In this document: positions 39,293-48,523 of the stretch, one piece after another | How the letters are laid out: the number at the start of each line of letters is the position of its first letter | Position numbering within the stretch: the stretch's first letter is position 1 | Assembly (NCBI GenBank): GCA_037380845.1 | Contig: JARRRI010000002.1 | Coordinates: 1 to 53,303 of the forward strand | Length of the DNA: 53,303 bases | DNA from: Candidatus Sulfobium sp. | GTDB lineage: Bacteria > Nitrospirota > Thermodesulfovibrionia > Thermodesulfovibrionales > UBA6898 | Reading direction: 5' to 3' | Notes under the pieces: generated by a model | What the model was told of the DNA's origin: nothing | What the model saw: only the letters and a program-made list of their open reading frames with translations | Database searches by the model: none | Program-made: the position numbers and the translations under genes

Positions 39293-40927
39293 ATGGCCCG
39301 TCAATTTGCGAACGCTGCGGACTGCTGGAAAGTTATACTCTCGGATGTGGTGCTCAACAAGGGACTGTTATGTGTTATTGAAAATTTTTCACGTTCCAAT
39401 AAGAGCCCGGCGAATATCGTTTTCGGCACCTCCGGCTGGCGGGGGGAGATAGGCACCGACTTTACCTTCAACAATGTGAGGATCGTGGCGTCGGCAATCG
39501 TCGAGATGTTCAGCAGTGGCGACAGGACCGTCATGGGCGCCCTCGGCGTCTCCGGCTTCGATGAGATAAAAGAACGGGGAGTTATTGTCGGGCATGACAA
39601 CCGGTTTCTCGGCAACGAGTTTTCAATGGAAGTCCTGGGGCTGCTCCAGCAGGCGGGGATAAAGACATGGTATGCCGGAGAAGCCCCCACGCCGGAATTC
39701 TCGGCCGGCATAGAGATGCTGAGGGCGGCGTGTTCGATCAATCTTACGCCCTCCCATAACCCGGCAAACTATGCCGGATTCAAGTTCAACCCTTCAGACG
39801 GGGGCCCCGCGGGCTCGGAGATTACCGCGAAGATAGAGGAAATATCCAACCGCATGATGAAGGCGGGTGCCGATTTGCTGCCCGTGATGCCTCCGGAAGT
39901 TGTCAGGACCGACCTGACTTCTCTTTATATCGAATATATTAAAGAGAGGAAAACTCTGAATATCGGGAAGATATGCGACTTCGTACGGGAGGCGGACTGT
40001 TTTATCTGCGTGGACAATGTTCATGGTTCCACGCGCGGACGGATTCAGAGGATCCTGGGAGACTCCGATAAGGTCGAGTACTTGCGGACGGAAGACAACG
40101 TTCTTTTCGGGGGTATCGCGCCGGAACCCTCGGAAAAGAATATGGCCGGGGTCGACGCCGGGCTGAGGGGAAGCGGTGCAGCTCTCAGACTCGGTGTGAT
40201 CATGGACCCGGACGGCGACAGGGTCAGGTTTTCCGACGGAATGATGCAGATCCCGATGAACTACTTCGGGGCCATGGCCTTCCATTTTCTCCACGTTCAC
40301 AAAGGCATCAGGGGGATAGTGGCAAAGTCGGTCGGGACGAGCAACCTGGTAAACGCGGTCGCCGGGAAACTGGGGATTCCGGTGAGAGAGACAAAGGTCG
40401 GTTTCAAGTACTTCAGGCCTTACATGGCGGAGAATGCGGAGGAGCGGGCCATCGTGGTATTCGAGGAGTCTGACGGCATATCGGCATATAACCATACACT
40501 CGAAAAGGATGCAATATTCGGTTTTCTTCTGGCGGTGGAGATGATGGCTGTGACGGGAAAGAACCTGAGTGCATACCTCAAAGGCATTATGGATGAATTC
40601 GGGTATTTCTATCCGGAGCGGTCCGGCATAGAAGTCCCCCGGTCGCTAGCCGGTAAACAGCTGAGGGAAAAGCTTGCCGTCCTCAGTGAAAAATATCCCG
40701 AAGGCACGGTAATGAAAATGGGGGAAAGTGAGAGGACTGTCAGTGAGGTGATCACCGTGGACGGGACCAAACTCATATTCGATGACGGTTCGTGGCTTAT
40801 GATAAGGCCTTCAGGAACGGAACCGAAAGTCAGGTTTTATATCGAGGCCAGGACGGAGGAAGGCAAGAAGGCGGTATTCGAGACCGCCGAAAGGATGACG
40901 AAAGAGGCCCTCGGCATGGCCTCATGA
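39293..40927 (+). CDS. Phosphoglucomutase/phosphomannomutase
   Basis: FGTSGWRG, TPSHNP, DPDGDR, EESDG, RPSGTEP. Confidence 0.94.
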   Translation: MARQFANAADCWKVILSDVVLNKGLLCVIENFSRSNKSPANIVFGTSGWRGEIGTDFTFNNVRIVASAIVEMFSSGDRTVMGALGVSGFDEIKERGVIVGHDNRFLGNEFSMEVLGLLQQAGIKTWYAGEAPTPEFSAGIEMLRAACSINLTPSHNPANYAGFKFNPSDGGPAGSEITAKIEEISNRMMKAGADLLPVMPPEVVRTDLTSLYIEYIKERKTLNIGKICDFVREADCFICVDNVHGSTRGRIQRILGDSDKVEYLRTEDNVLFGGIAPEPSEKNMAGVDAGLRGSGAALRLGVIMDPDGDRVRFSDGMMQIPMNYFGAMAFHFLHVHKGIRGIVAKSVGTSNLVNAVAGKLGIPVRETKVGFKYFRPYMAENAEERAIVVFEESDGISAYNHTLEKDAIFGFLLAVEMMAVTGKNLSAYLKGIMDEFGYFYPERSGIEVPRSLAGKQLREKLAVLSEKYPEGTVMKMGESERTVSEVITVDGTKLIFDDGSWLMIRPSGTEPKVRFYIEARTEEGKKAVFETAERMTKEALGMAS

Positions 40928-41078
40928 GGAGGTCACTGCACGGTATTGATATCCTGCGGTTTACGCAGGGGCAGTCCTTCTGTGGTTGCCAGTCGTGAAG
41001 TTGTTGTCTCCACACGAAGTACCGCTGCATTTACTGCAGAAGGCACGCCCGTCCCTGCGAAAGAAACCGGTTCCGCCT

Positions 41079-42392
41079 TTAAAGCGTATACCCGCTTTCT
41101 TCGTGCTGGGTCAGATCCAGTCCGATCAGTTCCTCCTCGGCCGAGATCCTGAGACCCAGCACCCAGTCGACCGCCTTCAGCAGGAAGAGGGTGACCGCGA
41201 AAGAATATATCATGACCACGGCGATTGAAATCAACTGCACAAGCAACTGATGCGGGTTGCCGAAAAAAAGGCCGTCGGCGCCGGAGGCGTTGATGACTTT
41301 TTCAGCGAACAACCCCGCGCCCAGCGTTCCGAGTACGCCGCCGACGCCGTGAACGCCAAAGGCGTCAAGGGAATCATCATAACCGATTCTTGTTTTCAGG
41401 TTCAGGGCCATGTAGCATACCGAGCCGGCCGCGATCCCGATCAAAAGTGCGGGCATGGGGCCCACGAAGCCGGAAGCCGGCGTGATGGTAGCGAGGCCGG
41501 CGATTGCCCCTGTGGCCGCCCCGAACATGGTGGCTTTGCCCCTGTGCACCCATTCCACGATTACCCAGGTCAGCGTGGCGGCAACCGCCGCAACATGGGT
41601 AGTAACGAAGGCCATGGCGCTGAGGCCGCCCGATGAAAGCGCGCTGCCGGCGTTGAACCCGAACCATCCGAACCAGAGGAGGCCGGCGCCGAGGACCGTC
41701 ATGGGCAGGTTATGGGGCGGCATGGCTTCGGTGAGGAACCCCTTTCTTTTGCCCAGGAAGAGCGCCGCCACAAGGGCCGAAATTCCGGACGTTTCATGTA
41801 CTACGATCCCGCCGGCAAAGTCCAGGGTGCCAAGGCCCTTGAGCCATCCGCCGTTTCCCCACACCCAGTGTGCGACGGGATCGTAAACGACCGTGGACCA
41901 TAAAAGAGTAAAGACCAGAAAAGAGGAGAACTTCATCCTCTCTGCGAACGCCCCCGAGATAAGGGCGGGGGTGATCACCGCGAACATTGCCTGATATATC
42001 ATGAAGGCGATATGAGGGATTGTAGGCGCATAGGCCGGATTGGGTGTCATTCCGACCCCCCTCAACCCTATCCAGGAGAGGTTTCCTATGACTCCGTGGA
42101 TGTCCGGACCGAAGGAGAGACTGTAACCGAGGATTACCCACTGGATACTCACAAGCGCGATAGCAACGAAACTGTGCATGATGGTGCCAAGAACATTTTT
42201 CTTCCTTACCATCCCACCGTAGAACATGGCCAGTCCCGGCGTCATCAGCATGACAAGGGCGGCGCACAGGAGGACAAAGGCCGTGTCCCCCGGATCTATT
42301 TTGCCCCCTGTCTGAGCGTAAGCTGTGAAGGGCGTAAGAAGGACGGCAAGAACGGCAGACAAAATAGCAGTCCGAATAATCTTTTTATTCAT
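41079..42392 (-). CDS. amtB: Ammonium transporter
   Basis: MTPGLAMFYGG, DFAGGIVVH, WFGWFGFNAGS, DDSLDAFGVHG. Confidence 0.97.
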   Translation of the reverse strand: MNKKIIRTAILSAVLAVLLTPFTAYAQTGGKIDPGDTAFVLLCAALVMLMTPGLAMFYGGMVRKKNVLGTIMHSFVAIALVSIQWVILGYSLSFGPDIHGVIGNLSWIGLRGVGMTPNPAYAPTIPHIAFMIYQAMFAVITPALISGAFAERMKFSSFLVFTLLWSTVVYDPVAHWVWGNGGWLKGLGTLDFAGGIVVHETSGISALVAALFLGKRKGFLTEAMPPHNLPMTVLGAGLLWFGWFGFNAGSALSSGGLSAMAFVTTHVAAVAATLTWVIVEWVHRGKATMFGAATGAIAGLATITPASGFVGPMPALLIGIAAGSVCYMALNLKTRIGYDDSLDAFGVHGVGGVLGTLGAGLFAEKVINASGADGLFFGNPHQLLVQLISIAVVMIYSFAVTLFLLKAVDWVLGLRISAEEELIGLDLTQHEESGYTL

Positions 42393-42434
42393 TGTGATCC
42401 TCCGGAAAATTTAAGAACTGAGCAGGTATGAGCT

Positions 42435-42450
42435 AGCCAGAAACGTGCCA
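42435..42450 (-). promoter_or_regulatory. Sigma54 (-24/-12) promoter of amtB
   Basis: Minus strand TGGCACGTTTCTGGCT = GG-N10-GC, about 40 nt upstream of the start. Confidence 0.8.
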
Positions 42451-42570
42451 AAAAAGAGAAAGCGCTGAATTATGCGGCGATGGACGTACCGGCTGACGGG
42501 AGAGGGCCCACAAAAATGTAGTTTTCCCGGGTCTTTCTTCGCTATTTGTTGAAAATACAAAGGCATAGGC

Positions 42571-42611
42571 AAAGGCTACAATTTTGTATGAGTTACAAAA
42601 TTGTAGCCTTT
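42571..42611. promoter_or_regulatory. Perfect 18-bp inverted repeat; candidate tandem enhancer (bEBP) sites
   Basis: AAAGGCTACAATTTTGTA-TGAGT-TACAAAATTGTAGCCTTT; third box CCACAAAAATGTAG at 42508-42521. Confidence 0.65.
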
Positions 42612-42667
42612 ATTGAATGGGCGGAGACGACCAGGGGGCGGGGTCCACTTTAAGCACCGAAAAAACA

Positions 42668-42694
42668 TGGATTCCCGCCTCCGCGAGAATGTCG
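42668..42694. repeat. Degenerate REP-like palindrome (GGATTCCCGC...GCGGGAAT class)
   Basis: TGGATTCCCGCCTCCGCGAGAATGTCG. Confidence 0.55.
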
Positions 42695-42982
42695 CAAACA
42701 TACCCATGAACCAAAAAAACCAATTTTGACATGGCTTTAGTGACGCGTGCGCGCCATTTCTTTAGCCGACAAACCAAATGCTTCATGATGAACATGAAAG
42801 AATTGTGCCAGACTGCAGAGGGATGATTCGAGCGGTTAGAAAAGCGTGGGAAAAAGGATGTGCGTTGTGAGAACAGAAGACAAGACTGAAAAAAACAAAA
42901 AAACTGGTAGAATGGTAAATGGCAGGGGCTGGGTTGTCAAAAGTCTTCCTGAGCTTTTTGTATAAAACGATATGGTAAAGGC

Positions 42983-44167
42983 ATGATCAGTGTAGATGAC
43001 ATTCGCGATGCGATGAGCAGGATCCGTCCCTTTGTGCACCGGACGCCGCTGATTTATTCCAGCTCTTTCAGCCGGTTGACCGGGGCCGAGGTTTATCTCA
43101 AGGCAGAAAGCCTGCAAAAGACCGGGTCTTTCAAGGTGAGGGGAGCTGTGAACAAGATGGTCGGTATGGGGACGGATAAAGTGATAGCGGCGTCCATGGG
43201 CAACCATGCCCAGGGGGTTGCCTTTGCCGCCGGCAGGCTGGGCAAGGATGCTGTCATCGTGATGCCTGCGACCGCTCCTATAGTAAAACAGGAAGCGACC
43301 AGAGGCTACGGCGCCGAAGTCGTTCTTCATGGAAGCAGCTTCGACGAGGCGCTTGATTATGCGCTCGCCCGGAGGGACCGTTCGTTTATACACGCCTTTG
43401 ACGACGATGAAATAATAGCGGGTCAGGGCACCGTCGGCATTGAGATAGTGGAGGAGATAAAGCCCGATATCGTGGTGGTTCCGGTCGGTGGGGGCGGTCT
43501 CATTGCCGGTGTTTCCGTGGCGGTGAAGTCCCTGTCGCCTGAAACCGGGATAGTAGGGGTGCAGGCCAGGGCCGCGGTTTCCGCCTGTCTTTCGTTCGAG
43601 AAGGGCAAGGTTTCGGAGAGTCTGTCCCATTCTACTCTGGCGGACGGAATAGCTGTGGGTAAGGTCGGGGAAAGGACCTTTGAGGTCATTCGACGCCATG
43701 TGGACAACATGGTGTCGGTGGAAGAGGATTCCATAGCGATGGCGGTCCTGCTTTTTCTTGAGAGGAAGAAGCTGGTGGTGGAAGGAGCGGGAGCGACGCC
43801 GCTTTCAGCCCTGATGGAAGACCCCGGAAGATACAGGGGAAGGAAAGTGGTGCTGGTGGTGAGCGGCGGCAATATCGATTTTACCGTCATCGACAGGATA
43901 ATCAGGAAAGGCCTGGTCAAAAGCGGCCGGATAGGAGTTTTTGAAGTCACGGTAGAAGATGTTCCGGGGACGCTTCATTCCGTCACAAAAATTATTGCGA
44001 ACCACAGGGGAAACATCCTGGGGGTATTCCACGACAGACTGGCACCGGAAACACCGTTAGGAAAGACCAGGGTTGGGTTTACGGTGGAGACGCGGGGGAG
44101 CGGCCATCTCGATGAAATAATCGACGACATGACGACAAAAGGTTTTGAGGTCAGCAAAAAGGGGTGA
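42983..44167 (+). CDS. ilvA: Threonine ammonia-lyase with C-terminal ACT domain
   Basis: LQKTGSFKVRGA (PLP Lys), GNHAQG, VGGGGLIAG, SGGNID. Confidence 0.93.
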   Translation: MISVDDIRDAMSRIRPFVHRTPLIYSSSFSRLTGAEVYLKAESLQKTGSFKVRGAVNKMVGMGTDKVIAASMGNHAQGVAFAAGRLGKDAVIVMPATAPIVKQEATRGYGAEVVLHGSSFDEALDYALARRDRSFIHAFDDDEIIAGQGTVGIEIVEEIKPDIVVVPVGGGGLIAGVSVAVKSLSPETGIVGVQARAAVSACLSFEKGKVSESLSHSTLADGIAVGKVGERTFEVIRRHVDNMVSVEEDSIAMAVLLFLERKKLVVEGAGATPLSALMEDPGRYRGRKVVLVVSGGNIDFTVIDRIIRKGLVKSGRIGVFEVTVEDVPGTLHSVTKIIANHRGNILGVFHDRLAPETPLGKTRVGFTVETRGSGHLDEIIDDMTTKGFEVSKKG

Positions 44168-44201
44168 CAACTCTTCCCTCCCGCTTAGTTTTGCCTAAAC
44201 G

Positions 44202-44229
44202 TTGACAAAATTCCGCGATATGATAGGAT
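44202..44229 (+). promoter_or_regulatory. Sigma70-type promoter of the sod operon
   Basis: TTGACA-N16-TAGGAT with extended -10 TG. Confidence 0.6.
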
Positions 44230-44312
44230 GTAACGAGATAACCGCGCCCGGACGGAAGTTCAGGCAGGTAAGTCCCGGCGGGAAAAATATCATATCCGGG
44301 AGGAGTGATCGT

Positions 44313-44909
44313 ATGCCTTATAGTGAAAAGGACTACGGGAAGCTGATCGGCATGGAAGGATTCAGCGAGACGTTGCTAAAGAATCATTTCACCCTGTATC
44401 AGGGATATGTGAAGAACACGAATAAGGCTATAGAGACTCTTGAACAGATGTTGAAAAACGGCAAGACCGGTGGTCCGGAATATGCGGAGATAAAGAGGAG
44501 GCTCGGCTGGGAATTCAACGGTATGAGACTTCATGAATATTATTTTGAAAACCTCGGCGGCAAAGGTGAAGCACTGGACAAATACGGCCCTCTCGGAAAG
44601 CAGATGCAGTGTGATTTCGGCAGTCACGAGGAGTGGGAGAAGGACTTCAAGGCCACTGGGTCGATGCGGGGCATAGGATGGGTTATCCTTTATCAGGATG
44701 ATGTGAGCGGCAGGCTGCTCAACTCCTGGGTAAACGAACACGATGTCGGCCATCCGGCCGGCTGCTGGCCGATACTTGTTATGGACGTTTTCGAACATGC
44801 CTTCATGACCGACTACGGCCTCAAGAAGGCAGATTATATAACAACTTTCTTCAGGAACATCGACTGGACTACTGCTGGTTCCAGACTAATTACCGGAAAG
44901 GAGAAGTAA
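44313..44909 (+). CDS. Fe/Mn superoxide dismutase family protein (atypical, ChrC/ChrF-like)
   Basis: HFTLYQGYV, NGMRLHEYYF, DVFEHAF metal-ligand motifs; GGAGGAG RBS. Confidence 0.88.
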   Translation: MPYSEKDYGKLIGMEGFSETLLKNHFTLYQGYVKNTNKAIETLEQMLKNGKTGGPEYAEIKRRLGWEFNGMRLHEYYFENLGGKGEALDKYGPLGKQMQCDFGSHEEWEKDFKATGSMRGIGWVILYQDDVSGRLLNSWVNEHDVGHPAGCWPILVMDVFEHAFMTDYGLKKADYITTFFRNIDWTTAGSRLITGKEK

Positions 44910-44910
44910 A

Positions 44911-45255
44911 ATGCCCATAATAGAATATTCGGGATTGAAGATCAATGTCGACGATGAGGGATACCTCGTTAACATGGACGACTGGAATGAAACCGTGGCG
45001 AAAGCGCTGGCGGAGCGGGAGGGGATAGCAGAACTTACCCAGGACCGACTCGATATAATCAAGTTCCTTCGGGACTATTACATTAATTACAACTATTTCC
45101 CCATCCTGGATTCGGTTTGTCTGAATGTTCAGCAGCCCCACGAATGCATGAAAGACAAGTTCATCCATCCTCTGAAGGCATGGAAAATCGCAGGCCTTCC
45201 GAAGCCGAACGACATCGTGCTTACCTACCTCGATTACGGGATGGTTCCGACGTAA
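44911..45255 (+). CDS. DsrC/TusE-fold protein lacking the C-terminal cysteines
   Basis: VDDEGYLVNMDDWNETVA, IIKFLRDYY, AWKIAGLPKP; no terminal GCV. Confidence 0.85.
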   Translation: MPIIEYSGLKINVDDEGYLVNMDDWNETVAKALAEREGIAELTQDRLDIIKFLRDYYINYNYFPILDSVCLNVQQPHECMKDKFIHPLKAWKIAGLPKPNDIVLTYLDYGMVPT

Positions 45256-45284
45256 AAAGGACGACGTAACAATGATAGTCACAT

Positions 45285-45323
45285 ATTCCCCTGTTTCCTG
45301 TCCGGAGAAAGGGGAATTTTTTT
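45285..45323 (+). terminator. Intrinsic terminator
   Basis: ATTCCCCT...AGGGGAAT stem plus T run. Confidence 0.65.
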
Positions 45324-45510
45324 GCATTAGTTAGCGAGTGCAGAAAAAAGATATATTCCCGGCAGGGACGCAGAGGTAGCAGAGAGTGCGGAAACATATA
45401 AACACCCCATTGTCAAGACGTCCGCTTAGCAGGAACTCTTGCACTTGCAGGTTGTTGCAGTCTTTTTAGAAACCTTTTTAATGACCATCCGGTCCACCTC
45501 CTTTCTTCGG

Positions 45511-46650
45511 TCACGACTCTTTCTCAATTATATCATAAAGGGCACACCGGTAAAGGTCTTTTCCCCTGCTGTTTCCGAGCAGCGCCGCCCTGTAGCGGCA
45601 TCCGCCCCGGCAGGACTCGATATGGTCGCAGTCACAGTCGATATCATCGAGCCTGACCGGCGTGATCCGCTGCCAGCATTCCCGCAGGCCGTCTTCTATC
45701 CTGCCGGCTGCCCTGTCAGCGTAAAAGGTACAGCGGGCGACCCTTCGGTCGGCAGATACGCATGCCAGATGCAGTCCGCAGGCAAAGCCGGGCGGACTTT
45801 CATGTATCCCCCCGCCGAAACCGAAACGAAGACATTCTCCGGCCTCCTGAGGGGTGACCTGAAATTCGGGATTGTTTCTCAGTTTGCCCGTTACGCAGGG
45901 TACATCCACTGTCCAGTCGGCGACGCCCAGTTTCATCAGAAGTCTTTCCAGTGCGACGAAGTCGTGGAGATTTTTCGCGTGCACCATCGTCGAGACGGAG
46001 ACCATCATTCCTGATTCCCGGCAGAGCCTTATAGCCTCAATCGCAGCTCTGAAAGTTCCCCGTCCGCGGAGCGATTCATGCGCGGCTTCGAGACCGTCAA
46101 TGCTGACCTGCACCTCGTCGACATTCAGTCTGCTTAAGATTTCCTCTTTGAGGAGTGTACCATTGGTGAAGAGCACTTTTCTCACTGAGAAAGCCGGCAG
46201 TATTTTGTTCAATTCGTAGAACTTCCCATGCAGAAGAGGTTCTCCCCCCGTTATAAGAACCCTCAACCCCTGCATTAACTCAAACTCCCGCAGGACCTTT
46301 TCGGCCTCGGGGACGGGGAGTTCGCGTGAGACGCCGTCTATGTAACAATGCCGGCATCTCAAGTTGCATTTCTCCGTTACCTGGAGTTCGAGGTACCGTA
46401 GCGAGGGAACCGGGGATTTCAAGACAGGGGGTCGGGCGACACGGACCCTGTCGAGAGTCAGTATGCCTTCCCTGAGACAGTAGTCGATAAATTCACCTCT
46501 TCCCGCCTCGCCCCCCTCTTCGGAAGCGCACCGGGAAAGAAAGGAGAAGGAGTCTTCGTCAAGTTCGTAGAGGTCGTCAGTCGGGATAACATATGCCGAC
46601 GGCCTCTCCAGGTGTTTGAGGACGCAGCGATCAGCCAGGAAATACCGCAT
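45511..46650 (-). CDS. Radical SAM protein with SPASM domain
   Basis: CNLRCRHC, TGGEPLL, VSIDG, C-terminal CDCDHIESCRGGCR. Confidence 0.93.
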   Translation of the reverse strand: MRYFLADRCVLKHLERPSAYVIPTDDLYELDEDSFSFLSRCASEEGGEAGRGEFIDYCLREGILTLDRVRVARPPVLKSPVPSLRYLELQVTEKCNLRCRHCYIDGVSRELPVPEAEKVLREFELMQGLRVLITGGEPLLHGKFYELNKILPAFSVRKVLFTNGTLLKEEILSRLNVDEVQVSIDGLEAAHESLRGRGTFRAAIEAIRLCRESGMMVSVSTMVHAKNLHDFVALERLLMKLGVADWTVDVPCVTGKLRNNPEFQVTPQEAGECLRFGFGGGIHESPPGFACGLHLACVSADRRVARCTFYADRAAGRIEDGLRECWQRITPVRLDDIDCDCDHIESCRGGCRYRAALLGNSRGKDLYRCALYDIIEKES

Positions 46651-46685
46651 ATTTTATTATACAGAACGACCTCTTTTTTGATATT

Positions 46686-47051
46686 ATGATGAAGACGACA
46701 ATGGAAGGAAGATTGCTGCGGGAGAGGCTCTGCCGGAAGTTCTGCCGGTATTATAAACCCTGGAAGGACGAAGGTCTTGCCTGTATGGGGTACCTTGTAA
46801 TCGAGCGGCTTTCGGAGGGCGGCCGGGAGATGTCGTTTCCTTCTGCCGCCGAAAGACCGGGGACTTCCGCGGAGAGGCTCCTTGCCGGCCTTATCTGCAG
46901 CCGATGCCCTTTTTATGAAGACGGTTGCGATTTTGTGAAGGGTGTGCCGGATTCCTGGCCCTGCGGAGGATTTATTGTGCTTGGCCACATGAGTGAGAAG
47001 GGCAGCGTTTCCGCAGATGAGATACAGCGTGTTGTCGAATTTATGAAGTAA
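46686..47051 (+). CDS. Cys-rich hypothetical protein
   Basis: CRKFC...C...CSRCPFYEDGCDF...PCGG. Confidence 0.7.
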   Translation: MMKTTMEGRLLRERLCRKFCRYYKPWKDEGLACMGYLVIERLSEGGREMSFPSAAERPGTSAERLLAGLICSRCPFYEDGCDFVKGVPDSWPCGGFIVLGHMSEKGSVSADEIQRVVEFMK

Positions 47052-47097
47052 ATGGTTTACCATATCCTGATGCCTTATACCAATACAAGGAGGAAGA

Positions 47098-47568
47098 ATG
47101 GAAAAGTATTCGATTACCGAAGTTGTCGAGCAGGCGGTACAGACGGAGAAACTCGGGTTTGATTTCTACACGGCCATGGCCGGGAAGTTCAGCGAAGATG
47201 AAGGCCTGAAAGAGCTCTTCGATACACTGGCCGCGAAGGAAAAGTCACACGAAAAGCGGTTCTCCGATCTGAAGGAATCGGTGAAGGACGCCGGTGTTGC
47301 CGATTGGGAAGAGGTATCGAGATATTTGCGGGCCATAGTGGAATCGGAGTTCTTCCTGGGCAGGAACAAGTCTCTTCCCTCCCTCGACCACGTAAAGACC
47401 GTGCCGGACGCGGTGAAATTCGCGCTGGGGTTCGAAAAGGAAACGCTGCTCTATTTCTACGCTGTCAGGGACATGATCCGGGAAAAAGGTGTGGTAGAAC
47501 AGATCATCGACGAAGAAAAAAGCCATATAACATGGCTGGACAAGTTCCGCCAGGGCCTTGCAGGATAG
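47098..47568 (+). CDS. Rubrerythrin/ferritin-like di-iron protein
   Basis: E..GFDFY, EKSH, EKETLLYF, EEKSH; AGGAGG RBS. Confidence 0.88.
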   Translation: MEKYSITEVVEQAVQTEKLGFDFYTAMAGKFSEDEGLKELFDTLAAKEKSHEKRFSDLKESVKDAGVADWEEVSRYLRAIVESEFFLGRNKSLPSLDHVKTVPDAVKFALGFEKETLLYFYAVRDMIREKGVVEQIIDEEKSHITWLDKFRQGLAG

Positions 47569-47627
47569 CCGCGAACCCCCCGGTTTTCTTTACAAAGTAA
47601 TCAGTTTAAAGTAATATATACACTTTG

Positions 47628-47720
47628 GGAGAGGTGGCCGAGCTGGTCGAAGGCAGCCGCCTGCTAAGCGGTTGTGGAGGTAAAACTTCACCCAGGGTTC
47701 GAATCCCTGCCTCTCCGCCA
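47628..47720 (+). tRNA. tRNA-Ser(GCT)
   Basis: GGAGAGG/CCTCTCC stem, GCCGC-CT-GCT-AA-GCGGT, long variable arm, GTTCGAATC, CCA. Confidence 0.96.
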
Positions 47721-47801
47721 TTCCAGAGGCTGGAACTATTAAAGACATATTGAGAATTGAGGCTAAGATTGGCGAATTTTAGCTCAAAGGAGGATTCCCT
47801 G

Positions 47802-48371
47802 ATGAAAAAGAGATTTCTTGCCGTCGCCTGCAGTCTTTCGTTGCTGTTAGCGGTCGGTGCATGCAAGAAGAAACAGGAGCAGCCCGCTCAGCAGCCCGAA
47901 ATGCCCGGACAGCAGATGCCCCAGGCCGGTCCGCAGCCCGGCATGCCGGGACAGATGCCCAGCGGGCATGTGGTAATGCCTAAGGGTGAGACCAATGTGG
48001 TCGTTCCGGACTCCGTAAAGGGGAAGTGGAAGGCGGTAGTGATCGCAGTGGAGGACAAAACCACCAAGAAAACCACCGAGTACACGGTGGACCTTCGCAG
48101 CAAGTTCAAGATCCCTGACTCGGACCTTACGGTATACGTGGGCGATTTCCTGCCCGACTTCCAGATGCAGGGACTTACCCTGACCTCGAAGTCCGACCAG
48201 CCGAACAACCCGGCGGCCGGAATCAGGGTCGAAGAAGGCAAGAAGCAGATATTCCCCCCGGAAGGGAAGAAATGGGGCTGGATCTATGCAAGGCCCGAAC
48301 TCCATAACATACATCCCTTCGAGCACGCGAAGTACGGCATAGTACTCGTGAAGGGTGTAAAAAAGGGTTAG
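47802..48371 (+). CDS. Lipoprotein with Q/P/M-rich linker (DUF2155-like C-terminal domain)
   Basis: AAAGGAGG RBS, VGAC lipobox, NNPAA..., GWIY...HPFEH. Confidence 0.75.
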   Translation: MKKRFLAVACSLSLLLAVGACKKKQEQPAQQPEMPGQQMPQAGPQPGMPGQMPSGHVVMPKGETNVVVPDSVKGKWKAVVIAVEDKTTKKTTEYTVDLRSKFKIPDSDLTVYVGDFLPDFQMQGLTLTSKSDQPNNPAAGIRVEEGKKQIFPPEGKKWGWIYARPELHNIHPFEHAKYGIVLVKGVKKG

Positions 48372-48382
48372 AAAAAATCTAT

Positions 48383-48459
48383 GCGCCCTTAGCTCAGCTG
48401 GATAGAGCGTCGGACTACGAATCCGCAGGTCGGGGGTTCGAATCCCTCAGGGCGCGCCA
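48383..48459 (+). tRNA. tRNA-Arg(ACG)
   Basis: GCGCCCT/AGGGCGC stem, CGGA-CT-ACG-AA-TCCG, GTTCGAATC, CCA. Confidence 0.96.
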
Positions 48460-48484
48460 CTTTTAACGCTTGAAAATAAAAGAG

Positions 48485-48523
48485 AAAAAGGAGGCTCACG
48501 AAGAAAAGTGAGCCTCCTTTTTT
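48485..48523 (+). terminator. Intrinsic (bidirectional-looking) terminator after tRNA-Arg
   Basis: AAAAAGGAGGCTCAC...GTGAGCCTCCTTTTT. Confidence 0.85.

Noticed and set aside
42795..42810. Second sigma54-like site (TGGCACAATTCTTTCA) and ORF 42610-42795
   Set aside because: The -12 GC is replaced by TC; the ORF overlaps a REP-like remnant and lacks an RBS
44246..44306. CCCGGA/TCCGGG pairing next to the sod RBS
   Set aside because: Short GC stem with no known riboswitch or thermometer signature
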